From Deltaproteobacteria bacterium (lineage in GTDB: Bacteria; Myxococcota_A; UBA9160; SMWR01): a DNA stretch of 64,000 nucleotides. Below are positions 1 through 10,283 of this stretch, in pieces; the first letter of the stretch is position 1; every line of letters starts with the position of its first letter. The stretch spans positions 32,128 through 96,127 of the forward strand of contig JAQBGU010000135.1 of assembly GCA_032128375.1 (NCBI GenBank). Direction: 5' to 3'. The notes below the pieces were generated by a model. The model did not search any database. It had not been told where the DNA came from and was given only the letters and a program-made list of their open reading frames with translations. A program made the translations under genes and the position numbers.

Positions 1-308
1 CGCTGAAGTCCTCGGTCGCAAGGTGAAGTCATCAGCGCAGATGGGGTCATCGACGCGGATGGAGTCGTCCAGCCAAGACTGATGCAAGTTCCGTGCGCGC
101 GAGCCCACTCGAATCGATGCGTCTTGAATCGGCGATACTTGTGAACAGTTGGACGAACACATGCATCTGAGTTGCGAACGAACTGCCACTTCGGGCTTAT
201 GCAGCTGGCGGGCAATTGGCGGAATGGCTGTACCCATTCGCACCGAAACGCCCGCGCGAATGATCAGGTTGACCCGAATGGATCGATTCGAAGCGGCAAT
301 CGCGCTCG

Positions 309-1322
309 TCAGTCGAGGTTCGAGTGGGAACCCATCCGCCCGATTCCGACGGTCGCGCCAAAGCCCAGCGCGATCAGCGCCAGCGCTGATCCGGCCTCGC
401 CCGCAGCAGGCGAGTACGCGACCTGGCGCCAGTCTTCGTGATCGATGCTCGCAAGGTTCTCGTCGGTGACGACCACACCCTTCAGGGTCTCACCTGCGAC
501 AGGAGCTTCAGCCCGTTGGAACGGCCACAGGCCCACGACTGCGCCGAGCAACAAGCCGAGCAGCGCACCCAGCGTCGCCTTGCGATAGCGCAAGAGCAGC
601 CACTTCAGCAGATTGCTGACCGCCACGACTCCCAACACAATCCCGATGCCCAGCGGAACGACGACCTTCATTGCGTCCAAAACGAGTGCGAGATCGCTGC
701 CGGAGCCAGCGCCGTCGCCGAGCAGGCCCCGCTTCAGTTGATCGACGGTGCCGAGAATCGATTCGTATTGGCCCAGGATCAGCAGCAGGTAGCCGCCGCT
801 GATTCCCGGCAGGATCATCGCAGAAGAAGCTGCCATGCCCGATAGGAAGATCAACGTCAGGCTGGCATCCTGCATCGAGCTGCCTGCTCCCCGGGTGAGC
901 GTCATCAAAAGCATCAGAACGAAACCGCCTAGCGCGCCGAGTGCGAGCGAACCCGACATGGGGCGAGCCATTCGCCACACCAAGGGGACGCCACCGAGTG
1001 TCAACCCAATGAACAGGCTGTACATGATCCAGCGATGGTCGATGACGAGTCCCTTGACGGTTCCGGCGAGCAGCAGGATCGCAAGTGCCGCGCTGGCGAC
1101 GATGGCTCCCAGCAGGATGATCGAGCGCGACCGAAAGCGCAGAGTGGTAACCTCGGCGATTCCCGAGATGAAGCCCGGGTAAACACCAGCTGCCAACAAC
1201 ATCGTGCCGCCGCTGATTCCCGGCACCAGATTGGCGAGACCCATCAGAGTGCCACCGATCGCTCCGCGAACCAACAGCGAGAGCGGAGCGGTTTCGATGT
1301 CGTGGGATTCGGGCTCGTTCAT
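309..1322 (-). CDS. DUF368-family membrane protein (putative undecaprenyl-phosphate recycling/flippase family)
   Basis: Duplicated motifs GLANLVPGISGGT and AMILPGISGG, many TM segments; start taken at MNEPES (ATG 1322). Confidence 0.85.
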   Translation of the reverse strand: MNEPESHDIETAPLSLLVRGAIGGTLMGLANLVPGISGGTMLLAAGVYPGFISGIAEVTTLRFRSRSIILLGAIVASAALAILLLAGTVKGLVIDHRWIMYSLFIGLTLGGVPLVWRMARPMSGSLALGALGGFVLMLLMTLTRGAGSSMQDASLTLIFLSGMAASSAMILPGISGGYLLLILGQYESILGTVDQLKRGLLGDGAGSGSDLALVLDAMKVVVPLGIGIVLGVVAVSNLLKWLLLRYRKATLGALLGLLLGAVVGLWPFQRAEAPVAGETLKGVVVTDENLASIDHEDWRQVAYSPAAGEAGSALALIALGFGATVGIGRMGSHSNLD

Positions 1323-1438
1323 AGGGTCTCTCAGGCTGCTGTGTGTGCGCAGGACGCGGTACTGTAGCAGCGCATCGAGTGAGTGCATTCTCGAAAGCAG
1401 CAGATGTCCAGGGACATAGGAGCGTTGGGGGGACCGCC

Positions 1439-2146
1439 GTGTGCGGAAGATTCTCATTGATCGCCAATCCGGACGAATTGGCCGAACACTTCAAGATCGA
1501 CTTCGAGCCCGGTCTCGAATTCGCGCCAACGTGGGAACCTCGATTCAACGTCGCTCCCAGTCAGCCGGTCAAAACGGTGTATGTGCCGGACACGTCGGCG
1601 CAGCGCGCGGTCGTGGAACGGCGCTGGGGCCTGATCCCGTCGTGGGCGAAAGATCCGAAAATCGGCAACCGGCAAATCAACGCGCGCTCTGAAACGCTGG
1701 CCGAAAAGCCGGCGTTTCGGCAAGCGCTCGAGCAGCGACGCTGCCTGGTCGCCGCGGATGGCTTCTACGAGTGGTCGGGGCCGCCGCGTTCCAAACAGCC
1801 CTACTACATTGCGCTGGACGACCAGGCAATCTTCGGCTTCGCGGGACTCTGGGAGCGCTGGCGCAACCCCGAAGGCCTCGAAGTGGAAAGCTGCACGGTG
1901 ATCACTGCGGCAGCCAATTCGCTGCTTGGCGAGCTGCATTCGCGCATGCCGGTGATCTTGGATCCCGAGCAATACGAGGCGTGGTTGGATCCGTCGAGTC
2001 AGACCGCGGCCGAGTTGCTGGCGCTGCTCCGTTCGCATCGTTGCGACGCGCTGCGCTACTACCCGGTGAGCTATCGCGTCAACAACGTCGCATACGATGA
2101 TCCCGCTTGCCTCGAACCGGTCGAAGCCCAGCCGACGCTATTTTGA
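1439..2146 (+). CDS. SOS response-associated peptidase (SRAP/YedK/HMCES family), abasic-site protection
   Basis: GTG start gives M-CGRF N-terminus (catalytic Cys2); PRFNVAPSQ, RWGLIPSW, INARSET, GFYEW, HSRMPVIL motifs. Confidence 0.93.
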   Translation: MCGRFSLIANPDELAEHFKIDFEPGLEFAPTWEPRFNVAPSQPVKTVYVPDTSAQRAVVERRWGLIPSWAKDPKIGNRQINARSETLAEKPAFRQALEQRRCLVAADGFYEWSGPPRSKQPYYIALDDQAIFGFAGLWERWRNPEGLEVESCTVITAAANSLLGELHSRMPVILDPEQYEAWLDPSSQTAAELLALLRSHRCDALRYYPVSYRVNNVAYDDPACLEPVEAQPTLF

Positions 2147-2234
2147 CGAGCGTATCGAGGACCGTCTCGATTGCCGCTGCTGACGCGCGCGATGGTGGCG
2201 AGCGATTCCTCGAATCGACGGGGGGCGAAAATTC

Positions 2235-2504
2235 ATGGGAGACCAACGTGTGGGCAAGACCGCTGCGTTACCGCGCTGGGCCCCGGTAGTCCGGCGAGTA
2301 TTGCTGGGTGCGATCGGTGTGCTGTTCGTCATCTCGATTCCGTGGTATCGCGATGGGACCGAGCAGTCACGATGGTTCGGACTTCCGGATTGGGTGACGG
2401 TCGCGCTGGTCTGCTATGCGGCCGTCGCGGTGCTGAACTCGGCGGCCTGGATACTCACCGATATCTCGGATGGTGAGGACGATCGGCCGGGCACCTCCCG
2501 ATGA
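2235..2504 (+). CDS. Small two-TM membrane protein, probable accessory subunit of the downstream sodium:solute symporter
   Basis: Two hydrophobic helices with a 'WFGLPDW' loop; ATGA overlap with the symporter start. Confidence 0.7.
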   Translation: MGDQRVGKTAALPRWAPVVRRVLLGAIGVLFVISIPWYRDGTEQSRWFGLPDWVTVALVCYAAVAVLNSAAWILTDISDGEDDRPGTSR

Positions 2505-4009
2505 GCTTCGGCGAAATGGGGGTCGCCGGCCTCATGGTGTACCTCATTGCGCTGAGCGGAATCGCGCTCGCAGCAGCGCGCGCGAGGCAGAGCGACGCTC
2601 CATCGGACCACTTCCTGGCCGGGCGCGATCTCGGTGTCTTTGTGCTGTTTATGACACTGTACGCGACCGCTTACAGCGGCAACTCGCTGCTGGGCTATCC
2701 GGGCGAAGCTTACCGGCGCGGTTTCTCGTGGATTATGGCGACCGGCTTCATGATGTCGATCGTCGTGGTATTTCACCTGTTGGTGCCGAAGTTGCGCCCG
2801 GTCGCCGTTCGCGAGAATTTTGTAACGCCCGGCGATTGGGTTCGCTTCCGGTTCCGCGGCGAGCCCGCATCACGCGCGTTGTTGACGGGTGTTGCCGCGT
2901 TGATGAGCTTGGCGCTGGCGAATTTCCTGTTCGCGCAGCTCAAAGCAATGGGCGAAATGGCGGAGCAGGTGACAGGCGGCCTGATTTCCTACGAGATTGG
3001 GATCGTCGTGCTGGCGGCCATGATCCTATTCTACGAGACGCTCGGTGGTATGCGCGCCGTTGCCTGGACCGATGCCTTGCAGGGCATCTTGATGCTGGTC
3101 GGGCTGGCCGCGCTACTGAGTTGGCTATTGAACGCGTCGGGTGGCCTGGAGTCGCTGACGACGGGCATTCTCGAAGTTCGCCCCCATGCTGGAGATGTTC
3201 CGGACGCCACCGAACTTGCGAATTGGTTCAGCACGATCCTGCTGCTGGGGCTGGCGAGCGTAATCTACCCACAGGCGATCCAGAGAATCTATGCGGCCCG
3301 AAGCGGAACCGTGCTGAAGCGCTCCTTCGCGTTGATGACCTTCATGCCGCTGACCACGACGTTGGTCGTAACGCTGATCGGTCTGGCCGCGATCACCCGT
3401 CTGCAAGGGCTGGGAACGCTAGAGGCGGACCGGGTGATGCCACTGTTGCTGGGCCAGTGGGCCAGCTCGGGCGGGGTTGGGGCGATCGCTGCAATGGTGG
3501 TTTTTCTGGGCGCCCTCGCCGCAATCATGTCGACAGCGGACTCGGTCCTACTCTCGCTCGGGTCGATAGCGGCGGAGGATCTGGTCGGGAAGGCGCACGA
3601 TGACCCCGATGCGACACGATTGGGTAAGCGCATCGCCACGGCCTCAATCGTCGCAATCGCAGGCTTGGCCATGCTGGCGCGCGATATCACGCTTTGGGGC
3701 CTGATCGAATTGAAGATGGAGCTGTTGATTCAGTGCGTGCCAGTGTTTCTGATTGCGATCCACTGGCCGCGGCTCCGCGCGCGCCCGGCTCTTATCGGTC
3801 TGGTCGTCGGGACGATCATCGCGGTCACCGGTGTGTTCCTGGGCTCGAAGCGGATCGGAGGAGTGCACATCGGAGTGATCGGCTTGACGGTCAATGCGTT
3901 GATTGCGTGTACCGGGTCGCTCGGCAAAGGACCCCCCAACGAACCCCGATCCGTCGAAAGTCGGACAGCGGAGGAGGCCGTCTCTGGCCAGCTCCGTGCT
4001 CCCCGCTGA
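2501..4009 (+). CDS. Sodium:solute symporter family (SSS, PanF/PutP-like)
   Basis: HFLAGRDLG, ATAYSG, GGMRAVAWTD..QG, AAIMSTADS motifs; about 13 TM. Confidence 0.92.
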   Translation: MSFGEMGVAGLMVYLIALSGIALAAARARQSDAPSDHFLAGRDLGVFVLFMTLYATAYSGNSLLGYPGEAYRRGFSWIMATGFMMSIVVVFHLLVPKLRPVAVRENFVTPGDWVRFRFRGEPASRALLTGVAALMSLALANFLFAQLKAMGEMAEQVTGGLISYEIGIVVLAAMILFYETLGGMRAVAWTDALQGILMLVGLAALLSWLLNASGGLESLTTGILEVRPHAGDVPDATELANWFSTILLLGLASVIYPQAIQRIYAARSGTVLKRSFALMTFMPLTTTLVVTLIGLAAITRLQGLGTLEADRVMPLLLGQWASSGGVGAIAAMVVFLGALAAIMSTADSVLLSLGSIAAEDLVGKAHDDPDATRLGKRIATASIVAIAGLAMLARDITLWGLIELKMELLIQCVPVFLIAIHWPRLRARPALIGLVVGTIIAVTGVFLGSKRIGGVHIGVIGLTVNALIACTGSLGKGPPNEPRSVESRTAEEAVSGQLRAPR

Positions 4010-4040
4010 TCCCAAGTTTCGGATCAGGGGGCAGCGCACT

Positions 4041-6239
4041 TCAACGTGTCTGTGGCGCCGGCAAATCGACGTACGCGCGGCCGGCGCGATAGTCCTCGAG
4101 GCGGCGCCGAATATCCTCGGCCAGATTCGCGTTCTGGTCGCTATCGGCGCTGATTGCGGCTTGCTCAGCAACCCGTGTCGCCTGTTCGAAATGCCCAGCG
4201 GTGGCGTGTGCGGCCGCCAACGTGTCCAGCAGATCCGCGCTGCGAACCTCGTGCGAAAGAGATTCCATAGCGAGCGCCAACGCCTCCTCGCCGTCCGCTC
4301 GGGTGGCACCGGGTCGCGTTGCGAGTAGCCAAGCCAGGTTATTGGATACCGGGTGCCAACCCGGTGAGAGCTCTAGCGCGATTCGATAGTGCTCGATGGC
4401 TTCGCTCACCCGCCCGAGTTCGCTTGTCGCCTGTCCCAGCCCGAATTCAACCTCGATCGTATTCAATCCATTTCGCTGCGCGTCGGTCAGAAAGGTGAGC
4501 GCGCGCGCCGGTTCATTCATGCGCAACAGCACAAACCCGAGGTTGGCCGCAGCCTCCGCCCAGGCGGGCCGTGCGGCCAGCGCCATCTCATACTCCGACA
4601 CGGCTTGCTCTAGAGCTCCGGTTTGAGCCAGCGCTTGCCCCAGCAGCCCGTGCAGATGTGCGAACCCCACGTTTCGCTGCGCGCGTTGCGCCAGTCGCAG
4701 ATGCTCGACGGCTTCCGCGCCGCGGTTGAGATCGATGAGTGCCGAGGCCAGGTTCGCGTGGGCGCGCGGGTGATTGGGCGCCAGGCGCAGCGCGGCCTGG
4801 TAATGGCCGATTGCCGCCTCGGGCTCATGGCGCGTCAGGAGCAAGTCGCCAAGCGTCACCCTGGGATCGGGCCAGCGGGGCTTGATTCGAATCGCTTCGC
4901 GCACGTGGGCTTCCGCTGCGTCGAGATCGCCGGATTCGATCAGCTCCACGGCAAGACCGTTTTCGGCCAAGAAATTCTCTTGGGTGACAGCGATCGCCCG
5001 TTCATACAGCGCGAGCGAATCTCGCCAGTGCGCCAGCTGCGACCGCGTCGCGAAACTGAGCGAGATGATCGCAAGCAGCCCCGAAGCGATTCCGAGCCAT
5101 CTCGGCAAGGGTGTCCACGCGACCATCATCGCGACCCCGATCAGGGGGAGATACATGTAGCGGTCAGCGCGTGCTTGCATGCCCGCTTGAACCACGCCGA
5201 TCACGGGTACTAGCGTGATTGCGAACCACAACGAACCAACGAGTAGCTGCGGCCGCGAAGTTGCCAATCGAATGGCAACGCTGAACGAGACCACCGACAA
5301 CACCGCACCGACCCACCACTGGCTGGGTACTGCGAGCAGATGCGGATAAAAGACCGCGAGGTCGGTCGGCCAAAAACTCGCGAACGCATACCAGCGATAG
5401 GAGTCGAGAGCAGTCGTCAGGCGCACCACCAGCGGCAGCAGGTCGCCGTGACTCATTGCGCCACTCTCGCGCTGAACCGCGAGTGTGACGACACTCGCTG
5501 CAACGGCGAGTGCGATCAGCGGAAGTTTATCGAGTACCGCGTCCATCAACGCCGCGCTTTCTGGCCGGCCGAGGCTCCCGTCCCGACGCAGTCTGCGCGC
5601 CGGCCAATAGTCGAGTAGAAAGAGCGCGAGCGGCAGGGTTACGACCACGGGCTTGGCGAGCAGGCCCAGAGCAAAGCACACCAGCAGCGCGACATACCGC
5701 AGGCGCCTACCACCACCCGGTGGAGCGCGCAGATAACTCGCGTATGCCCACATCGATAGCATCCAGAACAAGCCGCTCAACGTGTCCTTGCGCTCGGTCG
5801 CCCACGCCACCGATTCGACATGCAGTGGATGAACCGCGAAGACCAGCGCAACGAACGCGCTCGGACCGCGGGTGCCACTGAGTCGAGTGAGCGCGAGAAA
5901 CAGCACGGCGCTGCTCACCGCATGCAGTCCGACATTGGTCAGATGGTGGCCGGTGGGTTCGAATCCGTAGCACAGGACATCGAGATGGAGCGAAAGCCAC
6001 GTCAACGGAATCCAGTTGGCCTCATACGGTGTCGAGAACGCCTGCCACACCCGCTCCCAATCGAGCGCGCTGCGTAGCTGCGGATTCTCGACGATGTAGA
6101 TGAGGTCGTCGTAGCTGACGAACGCGTGGTGTCGGACTGGCCAGTACAAGACCAGCGGCAACAGCGCGACGGCCATTGCAAGCAGCAGGTCGCGGTACGA
6201 GAGGCTGGCTGAATCAAAGCAGTCGGCGTGTGATGTCAC
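4041..6239 (-). CDS. TMTC-like GT-C membrane glycosyltransferase with C-terminal TPR repeats
   Basis: YDD..YI.EN, HPLHVESVAW..ERKD, ADRYMYLP, W.DS..L motifs followed by multiple TPRs; GTG start overlaps the sulfatase stop (GTGA). Confidence 0.85.
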   Translation of the reverse strand: MTSHADCFDSASLSYRDLLLAMAVALLPLVLYWPVRHHAFVSYDDLIYIVENPQLRSALDWERVWQAFSTPYEANWIPLTWLSLHLDVLCYGFEPTGHHLTNVGLHAVSSAVLFLALTRLSGTRGPSAFVALVFAVHPLHVESVAWATERKDTLSGLFWMLSMWAYASYLRAPPGGGRRLRYVALLVCFALGLLAKPVVVTLPLALFLLDYWPARRLRRDGSLGRPESAALMDAVLDKLPLIALAVAASVVTLAVQRESGAMSHGDLLPLVVRLTTALDSYRWYAFASFWPTDLAVFYPHLLAVPSQWWVGAVLSVVSFSVAIRLATSRPQLLVGSLWFAITLVPVIGVVQAGMQARADRYMYLPLIGVAMMVAWTPLPRWLGIASGLLAIISLSFATRSQLAHWRDSLALYERAIAVTQENFLAENGLAVELIESGDLDAAEAHVREAIRIKPRWPDPRVTLGDLLLTRHEPEAAIGHYQAALRLAPNHPRAHANLASALIDLNRGAEAVEHLRLAQRAQRNVGFAHLHGLLGQALAQTGALEQAVSEYEMALAARPAWAEAAANLGFVLLRMNEPARALTFLTDAQRNGLNTIEVEFGLGQATSELGRVSEAIEHYRIALELSPGWHPVSNNLAWLLATRPGATRADGEEALALAMESLSHEVRSADLLDTLAAAHATAGHFEQATRVAEQAAISADSDQNANLAEDIRRRLEDYRAGRAYVDLPAPQTR

Positions 6240-7672
6240 TCCGCTTCCGATTGGCCGTCTGCGCCTGTGGCGCTGTCTTGTGCCTTCTCCTCCAGATAGC
6301 CGAGCGCGTGGAGTTGTTGCTGTTCGTCCCTGGAGAGCCGTTGGCGCAGTTCCGGGTGTCCAGGCTGCAGATTGTTTCGAAACCACTCGAGTTTGGCGCG
6401 CAGTCTGTCGTGGATATCCGGTGCATCGAAGCGGCGCTCGGGGCCGTCGGGCGGGAGATGGTAGAGCTCGGTCTTCCACTGGGAACCGACTCGCGTCAGT
6501 ACGAGTTTATTCGGGCCCTCGACAATTCCGAAGCGTTTCCCCGTTCCGGAATCGAGTGTTGTCAGGTAGGGCTCGCTGGGTTGCCGCTGTTCCCTCGGAA
6601 GCATCAGGTCGCGGCCATCCGCATCGCTGGGCGCACCGATCGTCAGACCCAGTAGTGTCGGGTACAAATCGATCAGACTCGCGATATCCAAGCGAATTTC
6701 AGGTTCGACACCGGGCGCGCGAATCGCCAATGGGACCCGGACGAGCGGGTCAGAGAGGCGCTCGCCGTGCGCGAACCAATAGTTCTGCTCGCCGAGCGAC
6801 TCACCGTGGTCCGCGGTAAACACGACCACGCAATTCTGTTTCGAGTAGTGCTCCTCCAGGGCTGTCAACAACCGGCCGACCTCCTCATCGAGGTATGCGA
6901 TCTCACCGTCGTAGCCCGCACGATAGAATGCGACGCCGCGCGCGTCGCCGATTTGCTGATACCTGGGCAGCAACCCGCGACCGCCGCGACCGGTCCGTTC
7001 GGGGAGAACGCGGTCGCCATCAGGCGCAGTGCGCTCTACGGCGAGAAAACGCTCGCGATAGCCGTCCGGGGGTGTGTAGGGGCCGTGCGGGTCCTGATAG
7101 TGAACCCACAAAAAGGATCGGACGCTGGGATCCTTGAACCATCCGTCCATCACCGCGATCGCCGCATCTGTGGTGCTCGAGGCGATCCGTTCGGGCCAGT
7201 GTCGCGTGACTTCGGTCTGGGGGAGAGCATCGTCGTAGTGGTCGAAACCGACGGCGAGGCCCGAATTGCGACGCAGTACGAAATTGCTGACCACGGCGGC
7301 TGTCCGCCAACCGTTGTCGTGGAGCACAGAAGCCAAAGTGGGAATCGTGGACCGTAAGGCGGAGCGATTGCTGACGATTCCGAGTTCTTCGGGATACTTC
7401 CCCGTCATCAACGAACTGACCGAAGGCAGTGTGTACGGCGCCGGCGCATACACGCGGCTGAAATACTGGCCTTCGGCGGCCAGCGCATCGATGTGGGGGG
7501 TGAGTCCCAGTGTGCTGCCGCCCGCACCGATGCGGTCGGCACGCAGCGTGTCCACGGTGATCAGGATCAACACGCGAGGCGCGGGGGAACCGAACCCACA
7601 GCAGAACGAAACGATTGAGAGCGCCACGCAAACGGCGGCGCACAGTGTCTGAAGTTCGGGCCGGCGTCGCAT
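6236..7672 (-). CDS. Sulfatase-like (alkaline phosphatase superfamily) exported protein
   Basis: LITVDTLRAD, TLPSVSSLMTG, WVHYQDPHGPY, FTADHGE, C-terminal L.ALGYL; N-terminal signal/TM. Confidence 0.88.
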   Translation of the reverse strand: MRRRPELQTLCAAVCVALSIVSFCCGFGSPAPRVLILITVDTLRADRIGAGGSTLGLTPHIDALAAEGQYFSRVYAPAPYTLPSVSSLMTGKYPEELGIVSNRSALRSTIPTLASVLHDNGWRTAAVVSNFVLRRNSGLAVGFDHYDDALPQTEVTRHWPERIASSTTDAAIAVMDGWFKDPSVRSFLWVHYQDPHGPYTPPDGYRERFLAVERTAPDGDRVLPERTGRGGRGLLPRYQQIGDARGVAFYRAGYDGEIAYLDEEVGRLLTALEEHYSKQNCVVVFTADHGESLGEQNYWFAHGERLSDPLVRVPLAIRAPGVEPEIRLDIASLIDLYPTLLGLTIGAPSDADGRDLMLPREQRQPSEPYLTTLDSGTGKRFGIVEGPNKLVLTRVGSQWKTELYHLPPDGPERRFDAPDIHDRLRAKLEWFRNNLQPGHPELRQRLSRDEQQQLHALGYLEEKAQDSATGADGQSEAE

Positions 7673-7911
7673 CACGGGTCGGAAAGCAGCGTAGCACGAG
7701 GGGACGAGACCGAAGCCGGATAGCGGAGGACTGAGAATGGTTGGTCGAAATCCCGGCGCGCGAGCCGGGCCCGTTCCCGGCCCGAGGGTTCGGGTGTGTT
7801 CGTGGGTTCGGCACAGCCACTGGTAAAAGTCGGGTCGCGGGGTTCGGTCTTGGGTTCTGCTGCTAAGCTCCGTCCGGCGCGCATGGTTGTTATCAATATG
7901 AAGGGGACCTG

Positions 7912-8700
7912 ATGGCTCAATCGATAACTCGTTCGTCCCGACTGGCTGTGACCACGCTGATGGTCGCATTGCTCGGGACCGGATGCACGGTGATCGAGGA
8001 CGGCGAGGTGGGGGTATCGAAGAGCTTTGGCGCGATTTCCGATACGCCGGTCGGACAGGGCATCGTGATTCAGGTCCCGGTGGTTCGCACGGTCGAGACC
8101 TGGAACGTGAAGCTGCAGGAACTGAAGGAGACCGCGCAGGTGCCGTCTTCTGAGGGCCTGATCGTCGGTCTCGATACGTCGCTGCTGTTTCGGGTTACGC
8201 CCGATAGAGCGCCCCAGATCCGCAAGACCATCGGGATCAACTATGTCGAGGGCTTGATTCGGCCGTACTTTCGCAGCGCGCTGCGCGATACCGTCAGTGG
8301 ATACCCGGTCAAGACGGTGTATACCGAAGCGGGCCGCAAGGAGATCGCAGCCAGTATCAAGAATTTTCTGATGGACAGCATGGCCAAGGAAGGCATCACC
8401 ATCGTCGATGTGCTGCTGCGCGACGTCAAGCTTCCCACGCGCTTCAAGGAGAGTATCGAGGCGAAGCTGACCGCAGAGCAACGCGTCCAGCAGAAGCAGT
8501 TCGAACTCGAACAGGCCGTGAAGGATGCCGAGATCGAAGTGGCACGCGCGAAGGGTGCGGCGCAGGCCCAGGAGATCGTTCGGTCGACTCTATCGGATTC
8601 TTATCTGCAGTATCTGTGGATCAAGACGCTGAACGAGAATCCGAATGTCATCTACGTCGCGACCGAGGCCAACCTGCCGCTGTTCAAGCAGTCGAAATAG
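7912..8700 (+). CDS. SPFH/prohibitin (band 7) family lipoprotein
   Basis: GCTVIEDGEVGV, SSEGLIVGLD, VLLRDVKLP, IEAKL.AEQ coiled coil, YLQYLWI. Confidence 0.9.
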   Translation: MAQSITRSSRLAVTTLMVALLGTGCTVIEDGEVGVSKSFGAISDTPVGQGIVIQVPVVRTVETWNVKLQELKETAQVPSSEGLIVGLDTSLLFRVTPDRAPQIRKTIGINYVEGLIRPYFRSALRDTVSGYPVKTVYTEAGRKEIAASIKNFLMDSMAKEGITIVDVLLRDVKLPTRFKESIEAKLTAEQRVQQKQFELEQAVKDAEIEVARAKGAAQAQEIVRSTLSDSYLQYLWIKTLNENPNVIYVATEANLPLFKQSK

Positions 8701-8903
8701 CCGTCAACGCGGGGTGAACAGGAAAAGGCCCGCCCCGGGCTCTGGGCAACGAGGCTCGCGGTAAGAACAGCCGACGCGAACCCTAGTGGCACATCCGGAA
8801 AGTTCTGGTACATGCTGACAAAGGGATCACCGTCGCGTTGTCCGACGGAGAAGAGCGTTCTGTCGGCTTCAATCATGGGTACCGAAACTTGGCGGGTGTT
8901 GCA

Positions 8904-10283
8904 CTAGTCCCGTCGGCGCATCAGATAGAGAACCCGGTCCGACCCCGGAATCGGCGTTCGATCCTCGGTTTCGAAACGGCGAGCGAATGCGGCTTCGAAA
9001 TCCTGTGGGGTGTAGTTGTCGAACACGTCGGTTCGGTTCGCGAGCAGCAGCTGTGCCTTCGGGTCACTCTTGGGCACGAACTCGATGATCAGCCGGCCGG
9101 ACAGACGCGCGAACCAATCGGCGACGCGGCTCAGCGGCACGTTGTTCGAAATGGCCAGGTGGTGAATCAACGCGAGAGCCATGACCAGGTCCGCTGGACC
9201 CCGATCGACGAGCGACGCGCGCTCCTCGTGTGCCCAGCCGAGGCTCGGGCTGGGATTCGAAAGGTCGAGTAGTAGCGGCAGCAAACGCGTCTCACGTTCA
9301 CGTCGCATCTTGCGATAATTGCGGTCGACACACGCAGGGTCGACATCGAACGCCAGCGTCAGCATTCCGCGCTGGGCCGCGAGCCGGCTGTATTCGCCGG
9401 TATTCGCGCCCAGGTCCCACACACTCGCCGGCTGTGCGCGATCGAGGTAAGTCGCGACGATCTGGTGCTTCTGCTCTTCGGCCGCTTCGGAATAGCTATC
9501 GCCTTCGTAGTAGTCGGCCCATTCGGTTCCCGCGGCATCCCAGCGGAGCTTTTCGACGGCTGTCTCGAGCGCTGTCAGCAGGTTCGCCAGTGATTTCTTC
9601 GGAACGGGTCGAACCGTCACTTTCTCGGTCGCTGTCTGGTAGCGATTCTGGTAGCCCGCGTGCATTCGGATGTGCATGAATAAGTGGATATTGAGCCAGG
9701 CACGCCGGGGCAGCAGCGTACGCGCGAGATCGAGCGGTATGCCGTCGAGGTTCACACGCAGCAATTTCGCGAGCCGAATGTCGCAATAAGACATCAGCGC
9801 CAGCGGCGCCAGAAAATGTTGGCAGAACTGGCGGTATCCGACCCAGGGAGTATCTGGCTGGTAGATTTCGAACGACAACGTATCGATGAACACGGGTGCG
9901 CCGCGGTGGAACTGGACATTGTAGGCACTAGCGTCCTTCAGCGTCATTCCGAACCGAAGAGCCGCGTGTTGGATCTGTAGTGTCAGCAGTGCCGCCGCTC
10001 GGAGTTGGCTGAACGACCACTCGTACGGGTAGGACACGAAGTCCACCCGTTCGGGTTTCAAGGTGAGGTAGTCGTCGAGCTCGACGTCCGGTTCCGGCTC
10101 GTCGACGCTCTGGTGCGGAATCAACAGCCTGCGTTCGACCAACTCATCGTACAGCCCTGATTTCATCAGGCATTCGTAATCGTCGGCGTAGCTGCGCCGG
10201 ACTCGCCGGAACAACTCACCGTCGCGCTCGAACAGATACCCGCTGGGATCGCGAAAGGACGCGCCCAGGGAGCGTTCATTCAT
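8904..10283 (-). CDS. NoeA-like protein: N-terminal kinase-like domain fused to a class I SAM-dependent methyltransferase
   Basis: SFRDPSG, SYPYEWSF, LKDASAYNVQF..VFID in the N-terminal half; VWDLGANTGEYS, ALALIHHL, IIEFVPK in the C-terminal half. Confidence 0.8.
   Translation of the reverse strand: MNERSLGASFRDPSGYLFERDGELFRRVRRSYADDYECLMKSGLYDELVERRLLIPHQSVDEPEPDVELDDYLTLKPERVDFVSYPYEWSFSQLRAAALLTLQIQHAALRFGMTLKDASAYNVQFHRGAPVFIDTLSFEIYQPDTPWVGYRQFCQHFLAPLALMSYCDIRLAKLLRVNLDGIPLDLARTLLPRRAWLNIHLFMHIRMHAGYQNRYQTATEKVTVRPVPKKSLANLLTALETAVEKLRWDAAGTEWADYYEGDSYSEAAEEQKHQIVATYLDRAQPASVWDLGANTGEYSRLAAQRGMLTLAFDVDPACVDRNYRKMRRERETRLLPLLLDLSNPSPSLGWAHEERASLVDRGPADLVMALALIHHLAISNNVPLSRVADWFARLSGRLIIEFVPKSDPKAQLLLANRTDVFDNYTPQDFEAAFARRFETEDRTPIPGSDRVLYLMRRRD

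Noticed and set aside
2..82. 3' end of a CDS entering the window (AEVLGRKVKSSAQMGSSTRMESSSQD*)
   Set aside because: Too short to support; no recognisable motif.
7780..7860. LexA-like GTTC direct repeats in the divergent promoter region
   Set aside because: GGGTTCG recurs, but the spacings (4, 6, 8 nt) do not fit GTTC-N7-GTTC; insufficient support.
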